Notes: a model not told the origin generated them from the sequence alone. Positions 27,058 through 41,714 are shown, counted from the stretch's first letter. The stretch: DNA of 64,000 bases from Octopus vulgaris (GCA_951406725.2 OX597821.1:75268001-75332000); one strand, 5' to 3'. Program-made: numbers and translations.

Positions 27058-27060
<3 letters not shown>
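26827..27060. repeat. 110-bp near-perfect inverted repeat with 14-nt spacer, within (TA)n
   Basis: 26827-26936 vs 26951-27060, one mismatch seen. Confidence 0.95.
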
Positions 27061-27102
<42 letters not shown>

Positions 27103-27150
27103 CATGTGTACTTGTATGAGCTTATGTTTGCGTGCATACATATATGCATT

Positions 27151-27198
<48 letters not shown>

Positions 27199-27944
27199 TA
27201 TATATGTATATATATACGTATGTATATATTTATACATATATATGCATATATATATATATATATACGTACATATATATACTTATATATACATATGTATGTA
27301 TATATATATATACACGCACACACTATAAAAACACACACACATATATATGTAAATATATATGTGTGTGAATGTATGTGCGTCTGCCAATCTATCTATCTAT
27401 CTATGGAAGAGAATTTGTTTGTACGTGTGAGATGATTCGAAGGCGTGAGAACGTGTCTCCGTGTGTGAGTATTCTGTGTTGTATGAGTAATGAAACATGG
27501 GAGAAAATATATCGTTACACACGTGTGTGTATGTGGGGGGGGGGGTAGTGTGGAAAAGAAAGAAAGGGGATGAGGTAGGACTGCGCTGTAATTTTTACAC
27601 TATTTGCAATGAGAAGAAGAGGCAGAGCTTCTGCAACTTCCAGGACCCCGAAAATTCTATAATGAGTGGCGAAAGTCACTTCTGACTAAAGAGATCGCTC
27701 GAATGCATACAAAATCGGCTCAGCTAGAGCATCGACTGTCCAGTTGATATTATTGAAGTGGAGGGCAGCTTATGTTCATGATCTGGGAGTTACGTGAGAA
27801 AGTGCATGTAGTGGTTGAGTGTGTGAGTTCATGTGAAGTATTTATCAAAGACAACCGAGACTTGCAACTGGGAGCAACAGTAGGTTTACGAGAGAGCAAG
27901 AATCCGTGTGAAACAAATAGGATACTAGATGCTTATGGGAGATG

Positions 27945-28008
<64 letters not shown>

Positions 28009-28134
28009 TAGAGAATGCTTCTGATCACAATGCTGCAGCATTAGATTCAAATTTTTATCGGTTTAGTTTATAGATACAAGCAAAGAAGTACACAGACGTA
28101 TATACGTATGTATGTAAATATCTATTTGTATATG

Positions 28135-28172
<38 letters not shown>

Positions 28173-28173
<1 letters not shown>

Positions 28174-28444
28174 CACCGTGACCGACGAGACTATCAGATG
28201 TTGCTAAACATCGCTGGTCACAATGCGCTTCGCATTGTCTTAGCCATCAAATGACGCCACCCCGCTGGCTAAGCGAGCAGGCCAGCAGAAGAATGAAAGT
28301 TGTGGCGAAAGTGCACAGCAGGGATCACCCCTTCCCTCTGCCGGGGCCTCGTGGAGCTTTAGGTGTTTTCGCTTCATAAACACTCACAACGCGAATCCTA
28401 TGACCGCGAGTCCGCTGCCCTAAACACTAGGCCATTGCGCCTCC
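28173..28444 (-). mobile_element. SINE family C, same 3' module as 9079-9401
   Basis: Matches 9079-9401 with an internal deletion in the head. Confidence 0.85.
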
Positions 28445-28549
28445 TGATATACCCTCCTTCTTTCCTTCTTTCCTGAGCGTCCAATAATACTATATTTGTT
28501 TCAAGTCTTCACGTTGTTGTGTTTTTTTTGTGCTTTCTTGTTTGGATTA

Positions 28550-28596
<47 letters not shown>

Positions 28597-28872
28597 GTAG
28601 ATCTTTGGCTGGGCTAAAAAGTCATTCGATCACTGTACCAGTAACAGTTAAGCTTCGTGCAATTGCCATACTCGATAACGAGGGGGCAGCCATAATGTAT
28701 GTATGTATGTATGTATGTATGTATGTATGTATGTATGTATGTATTTATGTATGTATGTATGCATGTATGCATGTATGTATGTATGTATGTATGCATGTAT
28801 GTATGTATGTATGTATGCATAATTCTCTCTCTCTCTCTCTCTCTCTTTGTATATATATATATATATATATAT

Positions 28873-29090
28873 AGGCGCATGAGTGACTGTGTCGTAAGTA
28901 GCTTGCTTACCAACCACATGGTACTGTGGTATCGCTTGAAAACCGATGCTGGTTTGTATTTGTCCTAGCAACCTAGCGGTTCGGCAAAAGCGACCGATAG
29001 AATAAATACTAGGTTTACAATGGGGTCGATTTGCTCGACTAAAGTCGGTGCTCCAGCATGGACGCTGTTAAGTGACGGAAACAAGTTTAA
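28873..29090 (+). mobile_element. SINE family A, internally deleted
   Basis: Head aggcgcatgagtgactgtgtcgtaagtagcttgc and tail cggtgctccagcatgg..gaaacaag. Confidence 0.75.
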
Positions 29091-29107
29091 AAAAAAGAAT
29101 ATATATA

Positions 29108-29230
29108 CAGGGTGATTCAAAAGTCGCCATACATATGAACAATTTAGTTTTTTTTTGTAAGAAAGTTTTTTTATTTAACTGTTTCTTATAAAAAAAAATT
29201 TTCTTCTATGGTGACTTTTGAATCACCCTG
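29108..29230. mobile_element. 123-bp Tc1/mariner MITE
   Basis: TIR cagggtgattcaaaagtc(g/a)ccata at both ends, TA on both sides. Confidence 0.9.
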
Positions 29231-29241
29231 TATATTGTATA

Positions 29242-29404
29242 CAGGCGCAGGCATGGCTGTGTGGTAAGAAGCTTGCTTTCCAACTACATGGTTCTGGGTT
29301 CAGTCCTACTATGTGGAACCTTGGGAAAGTGACTTCGACTATAACCTCGAGCTGACTAAAGCTTTGCGAGTGAATTTGGTAGCCGGAAACTGAAAGGAGC
29401 CCGT

Positions 29405-29406
<2 letters not shown>
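29242..29406 (+). mobile_element. SINE family A, 5' half
   Basis: aggcgcaggcatggctgtgtggtaagaagcttgc..gggttcagtcc..ggaaactgaaaggagcccgtc. Confidence 0.85.
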
Positions 29407-29465
<59 letters not shown>

Positions 29466-29468
<3 letters not shown>

Positions 29469-29852
29469 AGGAAAACCACTATGTGGACACAAATTATATT
29501 CACCTTGGACGGTCGTACCGATGATGTACGGACAATTACCTAAGTAAGATTACGTAATTTGTTGATAGTGAAACATGTATACGAATAGTCCATATTTTTA
29601 TTTTTATTTTCTCTTGCTCGATTACGTTTTGGTTGTTTTGCTAAATTTTTCTTGAGAACATTTCTTAGTGGTGAGACCGTAGCGCATTTATTTCTAGTAT
29701 ATGGGTGTCCACATAGTGGTTTCCCTCTAATATATATATAATACAATTTTACTGAACCTTCAGTTTTTTTTATGCTAGACCACTGGTGTGAAATCGATGT
29801 TAATTAAATTAATATCTAATTTCTCACCCTCATTTTTAATTTAAAATTAAAT

Positions 29853-29855
<3 letters not shown>
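29466..29855 (+). mobile_element. Hammerhead-bearing short element (permuted relative of 41734-42257)
   Basis: tcgta-CCGATGA-..-GAAA-cat-GTA-tacga at 29513-29584; downstream blocks homologous to 42150-42250 and then to 41734-41865. Confidence 0.7.
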
Positions 29856-29917
<62 letters not shown>

Positions 29918-30139
29918 ATTGCATTCAAAGCAATGAATAATTGTATTCAAAGCAATGATGAGTGACTTACGACACTGGTATACTTGAATCTCTTTAACAA
30001 TTCACAATAATGACTTTTATTACTTTTATTCCTACCTCAGTTCATCTAACTGTGTATATCTTTCGTTACTTTTCATAAAAAGCCTTTACTTTTTTGATTT
30101 TCAATGCATTTTCGTTTATTTTCCTTACTTTCTCCCAAC

Positions 30140-30185
<46 letters not shown>

Positions 30186-30439
30186 GCCAGGAGATAGATG
30201 GTAAATGTTTTTATTTTTCATTTCTTTCGAGTTTTTATCCCTCATAGTTGTTTGGACTCTAGCTGTTCCTTCTAGCATGAAAGGAATCCTATGATGGATA
30301 TCTCTTATGTGCTCCAACATGGCCGCAGTCAAATGACGGAAACAAATCAAAGAATATATTCTTTTATTCTTTAAATCGTATATCAGTTTCCGCCAGGCGC
30401 TGCGCTCATGCTGGAGCACCATTCGTCTTACGCATCATT

Positions 30440-31060
30440 CGTCTTTGACTGATTTCATCAGCGTGGTGGGGTTTCATATCAACACTTCTGCCTGTGCTTA
30501 TTCCCTTGGTTGTTGGATACTTTGGTCTATGAGGGAGTTTGACATTGCTTTTGTCTATGCAGTGACATCCCAGAGAGGATGTGGCCTTCAAGCCATTTAA
30601 CATTTTGGAGGTTGAAGTAACTCAGGAGGGGGTATACTAATGTGTTGATCCCATCCCAGCTTGTCAATACCTCTTATATGTGCATGGGGTCATCCTCGAA
30701 TTTTCCATGATGTTTCGAGAGATTTGGGGGACGATATGTAGTGCATATGACAACATCAGTTGGTTTTATATAATTTACCAAAGCTTTACAAAGAGAGCTT
30801 GAGTGTAACAACAGTACAAAGGATGTAATATATTTACGAATTTACATAGCAACTGCTTCTTATCTTCTATTCTATTCTGCCTGTACGAAATACAACGTAC
30901 CCTGGTGTATGTATTTCCGCATCAGTTATGTAAGGCGTTAGGTGCGTTAGATGCACCGTTCAATAAGCTGTTTTACGCAGAGAATTTTACGTCCGTTATT
31001 GAGTTGCAATGGACATCCCATATTAAGCTGGAATATGAATGCGATTTCTGGGTGGGTGAT
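30440..31060 (-). mobile_element. CR1/L2-type LINE, APE endonuclease region, degenerate
   Basis: Minus strand YITDAEIHTPGYVVFRT..VVICTTYRPPN..SYFNLQNVKW corresponds to APE motifs 'ipGY..fR.DR', 'YRPP' and 'GDFNlp.idW'. Confidence 0.8.
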
Positions 31061-31536
31061 TCTGCTGTTAGTCGAGCCCGGGATTCTGTATTGAAATGCA
31101 TGACTTCCATTTTGTAACCTTTGCAGCCATGTCATTTGTGTTGTCTTATGGAGTATATTTAAAAAAAGTTTTTTGATGGATAGCAGTAGTTCGGTCAACC
31201 TCTGCATATTTACTTTTCACTGGTGCAGATAGTATGCGTTGATTTCCTTTCTTGTTCTTATGAGATCTGTCTTTCCTTGTATATATATATATATATACAC
31301 ATTATATATACATACATACATATAGATAGATATATACATACATACATACACACACACACATATATATACATATATACATATATTTGTCATTAAAAGCACG
31401 AAATAAGGAGAAGTAAAACAGCCGACAACTGATGAGAAGTTATCTTCTTTTGGTATTTTGTTCTGTACTTGTCTTTCGTGTGTTTACGTATTTTTCACTC
31501 GATGTGGTGCCCTATACTTAATATGTATTTTATATG

Positions 31537-31595
<59 letters not shown>

Positions 31596-31943
31596 TATAA
31601 GTAAGGGCAAAAGAAAAAAAATCTAATGCCAAAATATTTCGAAAATAGACATAACGTCAATAACCATGTAATTTATCACTACAGGCACGCGTTTCGAAGA
31701 AAGCCGATAGAAATTTCTAAAAAATCCCGTTATTATCGTATCGGATACGATTTCAGAGTTAGTTCATAAGAACCTTCCCTTCATCAGTGATAAATGCGGC
31801 AAAGAAATAAGTGAAATACTTACTTATACCCATGGAAGAAGTGAACACTAAGTCATGAGCATAATTAAGTACCCCAAATATATCCAAAATAGAAACTCTC
31901 TAGTCCATCTCGAGGCACGTACGATTCGAACTAAAGAACTCTC

Positions 31944-31986
<43 letters not shown>

Positions 31987-32075
31987 CTCCTTCTTCCCTC
32001 TTTCCTGAGCGCCTAATAATAATACATTAATTGTTCTACGTGTTGTTGTTTTTTTCTGTTTTCCCGTTTGGATTA

Positions 32076-32123
<48 letters not shown>

Positions 32124-32157
32124 AAAGATATATATATATATATATATTTTAACTTGT

Positions 32158-32340
32158 ACTTGTTTCAGTCATTAGACTGTAGCCATGCTGAGGCACGGCC
32201 TTGAAGAACTTTTTGTCGGATTTCTTGCGAAGCCCGCTACTTATTCTGTCGGTCCTTTTACCGAAACGCTAAATTGTTGGGACGTAAACACACCAGCGGC
32301 GGTTGTCACATGGTAGTGGGTGACAAATACAGACACAAAG
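32158..32340 (-). mobile_element. SINE family A, old 3' half
   Basis: cttgtttcagtcattagactgtagccatgctg..gggacgtaaacacaccagc. Confidence 0.75.
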
Positions 32341-32527
32341 ACACAAAGAAACACTCACACACACTTTCATGTTTGATTTTATGTTCACCAGTAATAAATG
32401 CAGATTTTACATAAACCAGGAAGGTTACTCCATATTTGTGTTGAGTAAAATTAATTATTCTGTAATAAGATTAATTTTGCCAGTGACTTCGATGTTTCGG
32501 CAAGCTATGCATTTCTCTGACTCTGTG

Positions 32528-32615
<88 letters not shown>

Positions 32616-32680
32616 ATCATCTGTCTGTCTGTCTGTCTTCTGTCTGTCTGTCTCTCTCTCTCTGTCTGTCTGTCTTTCTG

Positions 32681-32747
<67 letters not shown>

Positions 32748-32831
32748 GTCTGTCTGTCTGTCTGTCTGTCTATTTGTCTGTCTGTCTGTCTTCTGTCTGT
32801 CTGTCTCTGTCTCTTTCTCTCTATCTGTCTG

Positions 32832-32864
<33 letters not shown>

Positions 32865-32873
32865 ATATATATA

Positions 32874-32972
<99 letters not shown>

Positions 32973-33581
32973 AACTATCTACACATACAAACGCATATGC
33001 ACACAAACACACGCAGACACTTACAGACACCTACACAAGAACAAACACAGGCACACACACACACACACATACATATATCTATATATCTATGTATGCCTAT
33101 AAGTATACGTATATATCTATATATATATGTATTTATATATTTATATATATTTATACACACGCGCGGACATTATACGCCCGTGTGCGCACGTATTTGTATC
33201 TGTGTGTGTTTGTGTGTGTGTGTGTGTGTGTTTGTGTGTGTGTGTGCGTGTGCATGTGCGCGTACGTGTTCTAGATAACTACAGATGGTACTATATTTCC
33301 ATGGTCTGAATATCACGAACTTCCCACTCGATTCACCTGACTCTTAATCTATGGCAATTTTAGTACCCTTTACATACAAAAAACAAAACAAAAAAAAACT
33401 AGTGTAATTCTTAACTTCCCACACTAACCTCATCGTTCTCAGCTATTATGTTGCATCTGGCGAAGGAACCGTCTCACACTTCCCCACATTACACAAGCTA
33501 CTTCGTGGACACATAGGAAACAAGGGGAAAATTCTTTGTCCTACTCCTATATATTTCTTTAGAGACATTCGCCTACAAAAT

Positions 33582-33630
<49 letters not shown>

Positions 33631-33752
33631 CATTCATATATTCATGTATATATAAACATATATCTATACATACACACGTGTGCACACATATATATATATA
33701 TATTTAAACATATATGAATATATTTGTATATATATATATGTGTGTGTGTGTG

Positions 33753-33901
<149 letters not shown>

Positions 33902-34261
33902 TTGATGTGTAGGTATAGTGAGAGAGGGAGAAATATATGAGAAATATATGAATGGAGAGGGAGGGTTTTGGGAAGAGTTTCTCACCTCCGTTTCCTCCGC
34001 AGAAATATTTTCATAGCTTTTAATACTGTTCAATGGTTTTCGAGCAGTCACGCCCGTTTTTTTTGTAGCTCTTCAGGTGTTTGTCAGGTGTTCACAACTA
34101 TACATTCATCAGGTTTTATTATTTCGTACTTTCAATATTTCCCACTACGATATATGCCCACCTATGGGTGTATATATATATATGCACATACACACACACA
34201 CACATATATATACACAGATATATATTTGTATATGCATATACATATATACATATATAAATGC

Positions 34262-34330
<69 letters not shown>

Positions 34331-34376
34331 CATACATGCATACATACATACACACACACACATATATATTGATACC

Positions 34377-34606
34377 TATTTCTTTATTACCCACAAGGGG
34401 CTAAACACAGAGGGGACAAACAAGGACAGACATAGGTATTAAGTCGATTACATCGACCCCAATGCGTAACTGGTACTTAATTTATCGACCCCGAAAGGAT
34501 GAAAGGCAAAGTTGACCTCGGCTGAATTTGAACTCAGAACGTAACGCAGACAAAATACCGCTAAGCATTTCGCCCGGCGTGCTAACGTTTCTGCCAGCTC
34601 GCCACC
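34377..34606 (-). mobile_element. SINE family B, full length, 15-bp TSD
   Basis: Minus strand ggtggcgagctggcagaaacgttagc..gggtaataaagaaata; ggtatcaatatatat on both sides (minus-strand reading). Confidence 0.9.
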
Positions 34607-34704
34607 CTAATATATATTGATACCGATGCTCATACGCGCACACACCTGTATATGTATGATATATATTATGCCTACACACACACACAACACGCGCGCACGC
34701 TTAT

Positions 34705-34938
34705 ACAGTTATCCCTCGACTATCGCGGGTGTTCCAAAAATCCCGCGAGAGGTGAAAATCTGTGAAGTAGAAACAGTACTGCACTGTATATTTTATACTA
34801 TTATTTGTATAATTTGTATGTATTTATTTTATCATAAATGCAAAACAACACCTTAGAGGAATCGACGTAAGCATAAATAATGAACCGCGATAGCTCAACC
34901 GCGATATGTGAACCACGCATATAGCGATTATTTATTGT
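34705..34938 (-). mobile_element. Tigger/pogo-like MITE
   Basis: ta-cagttatccctcgactatcgcg; homologous to 23472-23686. Confidence 0.7.
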
Positions 34939-35010
34939 ATATGTAGGCATACACACATACACGCATATATATATATATATATATATACTCACACGTATAC
35001 ATAGCATACA

Positions 35011-35074
<64 letters not shown>

Positions 35075-35093
35075 CACATACATATATGCATAC

Positions 35094-35174
<81 letters not shown>

Positions 35175-35596
35175 TGTGTGTGTGTATCTATACTACTATT
35201 ACTATTACAGCCAATGAACTGGTGCTACAACTCCAACCACTCACCACCACCACCAGGGTCACTATTACTACTACGACCAACGGTCTCTGCTACTACTGCT
35301 ATTACGGCCAACGGTCACTTTCACGATTACAGCCAACGATTCTATTCGACACATAAGACAGCCATTATGCTTCCCAACCCCACAAAACACCACCATGTAG
35401 ACTCTCTTGAAACGAGTAAGAAACAATTATGAACTTTTTTATTACACTTAACTTTTAAAAATATTTTTGATAAGGTTCGTTTTTTCATGAACCGAAACAT
35501 GTAAAATCTGTAAGAAAATTAAAATTTATCTTATATAGTGGTGTTTCCAAACTTCTTTTTTATAAATATATACCCACTCGTATGCCACCTACACTT

Positions 35597-35686
<90 letters not shown>

Positions 35687-35773
35687 TGTGTGTGTGTGTG
35701 TGTATGTATAAAAGCAAAATAAGACAAGGTAGAAGATAACTCTTGTTCTCTGACAATTTTAGTACCTTTTACC

Positions 35774-36013
35774 TTTTAGTACCGGTTTCAGACTTTGCGA
35801 CTTTTTCAACTTAGAGTAAAGCATGAAAAACTATTAAATTGTAAAAATTTGAATGAAATATTTTGCAAAATATTTCCATAGTTTTCAGATGTATGAGAGA
35901 CAACAGAGAAAAAATGAAAATGTCCCTTGTATTTGAAAACTATGGAAATATTTAAATATTTAATGCTTTACTCTAAGTTGAAAAAGTCGCAAAGTCTGAA
36001 ACCGGTACTAAAA
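35774..36013. repeat. Fold-back element with degenerate hammerhead-like end
   Basis: ttttagtaccggtttcagactttgcgactttttcaacttagagtaaagcat is inverted at 35963-36013; second inverted block atatttccatagttttca. Confidence 0.8.
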
Positions 36014-36105
36014 TGTTTTTTATGATAAAATTATTTTAGCATTTCCTACCATGTCCTATTTTGCTTATACATATCAACTCGTGTGTTCTTTTCCAAACTT
36101 GTACG

Positions 36106-36167
<62 letters not shown>

Positions 36168-36237
36168 CATACATATATACATACATACGCACATATATAT
36201 ATATATACATATACATATATATATATAATACACACAC

Positions 36238-36318
<81 letters not shown>

Positions 36319-36899
36319 CATAAAGATGTGTCTGTTGGTGTAGATGTGTTCGTGTTTGCTTGTGCGTATCTCTATGCCTGTTCATGCATGTGCTTGTAGG
36401 CGTGTAGTTGTGTAGTCGATTCAAAGTACTTTTCTGGATGTTTACAGTTGCTTATAGAATACAGTTGAATGAATGATTTATATCAAACAGGTTCTGCCTT
36501 TGACTCTCTGCCGCTCAGCTGTTTCAATCGGAAATGCTCCACACTGTTGCTATCCTCTCCAATGCATTCACACCAAAGAATATCGTGGAATCAGCGACCA
36601 CGTGCACAACTGATAATATGGCTGTCACCATTGAGGCGTGACGATATTTCATTCACAAAAACACCCCCGAAACTAATCCTTCATTGAAAATGTATTGTTT
36701 CTAATTGGTTGTCATTTGAGTTATTTTAGGTTAAAATATACGCTAATATAATCGTACGGATACGCGCAGAACCTCAAACGCATGCATGCTGACACACACG
36801 TACTTGTGTGTATGTGTGTGTCTGCGTACTTCTATTGTGCATTTGTATTTGAATGTCTGTTTATGTCAGTCTGTCTCAGTCCTGTGTGGCTAATAAACA

Positions 36900-36980
<81 letters not shown>

Positions 36981-36981
<1 letters not shown>

Positions 36982-38069
36982 ATGGCACCGCGAGTGTCGC
37001 GTTGCTCTCAAGCAACTCTGCCGTCCTGGGTCGACCTTAAGTGACTTCAACACAACCAAAGCATTCTATAGGGGTTTAGTGGAGGGGAGGTACGACGACG
37101 AGCTCGGGGCGAACCTGGACGTCGACGAGGAGTACCTGACCCGCCTGTTCAGGACGACTTTCGGGCCAGGGCCCATGGACAACTTCCAGAGATCCCTGGC
37201 CTGGCAGTGCTACCGAGAAGCGCTACCCGTTCGGGATAAGCTCTACAGACACGGCTCGAGAAACACGGGGCCGACCTGCCCGAGATGCGGTCAGAGCGAC
37301 GAAACCGTTCTGCACGCACTCGTTCAGTGTCCAACAATTTCCGACCTGTGGGCTTATGTCGAACAACTGCTGTCACGTGTGGGACGAGTCGGTTTATCAG
37401 CTGAGTCTATCGTCAATATTGTCACGCCTCCTTCCTTCAAACGGGAAGGAAGAGCTATTTTCATCATCCTTGTGGCTATGGCGAAAGAATGTATCTGGTG
37501 GACGCGTCTGAAAGGATTGGAGACAAACACTTTCCTCTCTGGTCAATCTCTCATCAACTTCTTCAAGTACCACTTGAAAAGGAAAGTGAGAGTAGAGAGG
37601 CAAGTTTTGTCTAGCGAATGTTTTAAAAAAGATGGGTGAATGTAGCAAGAATGGCACGTATGAATGACGAAGCCACCTTGAGCATAGTCCTATGAACCCA
37701 GAAATCGAAAACAGAGAGTTGCTTATTTGCAAAAAAAAAAAAAAGAAATATAAAATGTGACATCATTGACCGAGGTTACCGTGGTCTTTTCCGTAGGCTT
37801 TTCTTTGCACGGGTAAACCTCACCTGTCCTCCCCTTTACACTTCATATTGACATTTCTGTGATAACGATCCCTATTGATCAATTTTTTTCCTCCCCCCTT
37901 TTTTTTTAAACCCCCTTTTTTTGTCCTCTTTCTCTCCTTTTACGATCCCTTTTGATCGAAACTCCCCTTCCTTTTTTTTTTTTTTTTCTTTCTTAAACCT
38001 TCAAAAGAAAAGCTCTACCTTGTAATTTGTTCTATCTGTGTGCAGCCCTGTGTGGCTAATAAAGAAACA
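36981..38069 (+). mobile_element. L1/Tx1-type LINE, 5'-truncated (ORF2 C-terminal zinc knuckle + 3'UTR)
   Basis: ORF 37079..37639 W..YREALPVRDKL..CPRCGQSDETVLHALVQC..W..IWWTR is a zf-RVT CCHC region typical of L1/Tx1; both junctions lie in (TATC)n. Confidence 0.9.
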
Positions 38070-38130
<61 letters not shown>

Positions 38131-38253
38131 GTCTGTCTATCTATGTATATATGTATGTATGTATTTATGTATGTATGTATGTATGTAGGTATGTATCTAT
38201 CTATCTATTTGTATGTCTGCCTGACTGTCTGTCTATCTATCTATCTATCTATC

Positions 38254-38339
38254 TTTTTTTTTTTAAACCTTCAAAAGAAAAGCTCTACCTTGTAATTTGT
38301 TCTATCTGTGTGCAGCCCTGTGTGGTTAATAAAGAAACA
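38254..38339 (+). mobile_element. Tx1-type LINE terminal ~85 bp
   Basis: Nearly identical to 37985-38069; flanked by (TATC)n. Confidence 0.85.
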
Positions 38340-38398
<59 letters not shown>

Positions 38399-38403
38399 TT
38401 AAA

Positions 38404-38435
<32 letters not shown>

Positions 38436-38441
38436 CATCTA

Positions 38442-38513
<72 letters not shown>

Positions 38514-38560
38514 GCTAGCTAGCTAGCTAGCTAAGTATGTATCTATCTATTTATCTATAA

Positions 38561-39164
38561 GACAAACACTTTCCTCTCTGATCAACCTCTCATCAACTTC
38601 TTCAAGTACCACTTGAAAAGGAAAGTGAGAGTAGAGAGGCAAGTTTTGTCTTGCGAACGTTTTAAAAAAAGATGGATGAATGTAGCAAGGATGGCACGTA
38701 TGAATGACGAAGCCACCTTGAGCATAATCCTATGAACCCAGAAATTGAAAACAGAGGGTTACCCACTTGCAAACACATGTGGTAACATATAAGAATATTG
38801 ACCAAGGTTACCGTGGTCTTTTTCGTAGGCTTTTCTTCCCACGGATAAACCTTACTTGCTTTCCCCTTTACACCATACATCATGACACTGTGATACACGC
38901 TCCCTATTGATCGTTTTTTTCCTCTTCCCCTTTTTTCCCCTTTTTCTTCTTTTTTCATTTTTCTTTTCTTTTGTTCCTTTTCCCTTTTTCTTTTTTTCTT
39001 TTTCTTTTTTTTCCTTTTTTCTTTTTTTTTTGTTCTTTTTTCCCTTTTACGATCCCTTTTGATCGAAAACCTACGCCACCTACTTTATTTTCTCCCCCAA
39101 AAGAAAAGCTCTACCTTGTAACTTGTCCCATCTGTGTGCAGCCCTGTGTGGCCAATAAAGAAAC
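38561..39164 (+). mobile_element. L1/Tx1-type LINE, second 5'-truncated copy
   Basis: Colinear with 37522-38069 but with a diverged 3'UTR; flanked by (TATC)n. Confidence 0.9.
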
Positions 39165-39737
39165 TTATCTATCTATCTATCTATATATCTATCTCTGTGT
39201 GTCTGTGTGTGTATGTGTGTGTGTGTTTGCATGCGGGTGACTCGCGCATGCGTATATATACGAATGTGTGTATGTATAAATATATACATACACACATGCA
39301 TATGTTTGTGTAAATATTTATACACGTGAATACATACAAATATATTTACACACAAAATATGTATGTATATAGACATACGTGTGTGTACGCACCCCCCCCA
39401 CGCATATATGAAAGCCTTGTACGCATGAGTAGTCCTTTTATGAACTTTATTTTTTGATGGTAGTATGAGAATGAATACATATATACGTAAATTAGTTAAA
39501 CTAGAAATATGAATTCAACCAGCATTCATGGCCAATTGAATGTGTGTAGATATCTATGGAATTACATGGATCTTTACATAAGTATTTTACACAAGTATTC
39601 GTGTACAATTTCTCATTAAATTATAAAAACCAACCTTAATTATTGTAAACAAATCGAGAAAGAAAAACAAACCACGAGGAACATATAATAATTCTAATAC
39701 TCAGACAAAAACTAAAATTTCTCAATTTTCTGCAATT

Positions 39738-39800
<63 letters not shown>

Positions 39801-39827
39801 GTCTGTCTGTCTGTCTGTCTGTCCGTG

Positions 39828-39996
<169 letters not shown>

Positions 39997-41030
39997 CATA
40001 TATATGCATATATACATACATATATGAACATACCTACATATGTATGTATATATACATGCATATATGGGCACAGGACGTCAAAAAAAAACGTGAACAAAAT
40101 GAAAAGCGATAACATAAATACCAAAAGCATTGAGGAACTTTTTTTTCGAACAACGAAATAAATAAATAGAGAAACGAGACAGGCAGCATAAAGAACAATC
40201 TCTTCATCAGTTGTCTTCTGTGTTATCTACTCCCCTTTTCGAACGTTGGGGCAAGACGTGACTTCGTTAAAACATTAAATAAAATTTGGGATTTGCGGAA
40301 GGTTAAAGTGGTAACAAAAATAGGACAGTAAGAACAAAACAACACATACACACACACACACGTACGCCCGCGCGCACACACACACACATATGCGCGTGCG
40401 TGTGTGCGATACACACAGACACACACACTCATTTATAAATGGAAGGAATAACTATACTACTGAGAAGCAATGTTTATCGTCACTTGAACATGACTGTTCT
40501 GCAGGAACTGCTGTTGCTGCTATTTTAACCCCAGCAGGTTATTCGATGCCATCTGCACCCGATAGGTATTGAAATCAAGGGAGAGAACCCCTACCATCTC
40601 TCAGCCACTTGACCACCACGCCCTACGGTTTCAACCCCTTTGCGGTCATCCTTGGTGGTATTACTGCTTGCATCTCTTATAGAGACTTTCTCAACAATCT
40701 AATTTGCTGGTTACAAGATTGGTGACCCGGTGTTACTTTTTTTATATATATATATATATATTGCGAGATGGAATGAACTATGTCCTGGTTTAATAAGTTA
40801 TGTTCATATCCATATTGTTTTGGGTGGCCTGAGAACTCACATGCGGCGGCATCACCAGGTGGAGTGAATGAATTCTAAACATTGATGAATGGTAGTAAGA
40901 GTAGATAAAGTGTGTTATTGATTGCCTCTTTCATTGCATTTTCTTTTTCTGTCTTCTCGCTGAACACTCATACATCGTCTTCGACAGGAGGGTCCGTCAT
41001 ATGATATATGTGTATATATATATATATATA

Positions 41031-41230
41031 GTTAATCCAAACATGAAAACACAAAGAGAAAACATAACAACGCCAAGACGTGGAACAAATATAGTATTAT
41101 TGGACGCTCAGGAAGGAAGGGAAGAAGGAGGGCTTAACGTTTCGAGCGGAGCTCTTCGTCGGAAACAAAGGAAAAGGAAAGATCCAGAGAGGGAAAGACG
41201 GAGAAAAAATCACCAACGGTACACACGCGG
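41031..41230 (-). mobile_element. Short Penelope-type repeat with minimal hammerhead variant
   Basis: Minus strand gttt-CCGACGA-a-gagc-tcc-gctc-GAAA-c-GTT-aagc at 41132-41166; fragments of this family at 28450-28555 and 31985-32080. Confidence 0.6.
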
Positions 41231-41245
41231 GTGTGTGTGTGTGTG

Positions 41246-41288
<43 letters not shown>

Positions 41289-41289
41289 A

Positions 41290-41645
41290 TAATAAATATT
41301 AGGGAATAAATCCAAAATTACAGGAAAAAAATCAGATTTAGGATTAAATCCAATTTTATAGTAAAATATTATAAAATATTATTAGAGAAAAACCACTATT
41401 TTGAAAACAAACAACGAAAGACTTAATCAATACATAAAATTTTAATAAATAGTCGCCACTACAATCGTTTCGTCTTGATCGACAATCTTCAGGGACTTCA
41501 ATAAGTCAGTTTCAAATTTTGAAACTGACTTATTGAAGTCCACCTGAAGATTGTCGATCAAGACAGAAACGATTGTAGTGGCGGTTTTTTGACTATATTA
41601 AAATTTTATGTATTGATTATCTTTCCTTGTTTGTTTTGCAAAATA
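41290..41645. mobile_element. Fold-back element ('agggaat' family) with hammerhead in the arms
   Basis: Palindrome centred at 41516, arms about 41398-41516 and 41517-41645. Confidence 0.8.
41540..41581 (+). ncRNA. Minimal type I hammerhead ribozyme motif
   Basis: ccac-CTGAAGA-t-tgtc-gatcaa-gaca-GAAA-c-gatt-GTA-gtgg; all three stems pair. Confidence 0.75.
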
Positions 41646-41657
41646 TATATAATATTT

Positions 41658-41714
<57 letters not shown>

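Noticed and set aside
31672-31794. Minus-strand hammerhead candidate tttatca-CTGATGA..GAAACGCGT..GTA-g-tgataaa
   Set aside because: Stem I is off-register by one base and stem II is unconvincing; possibly a degenerate Penelope motif, not counted
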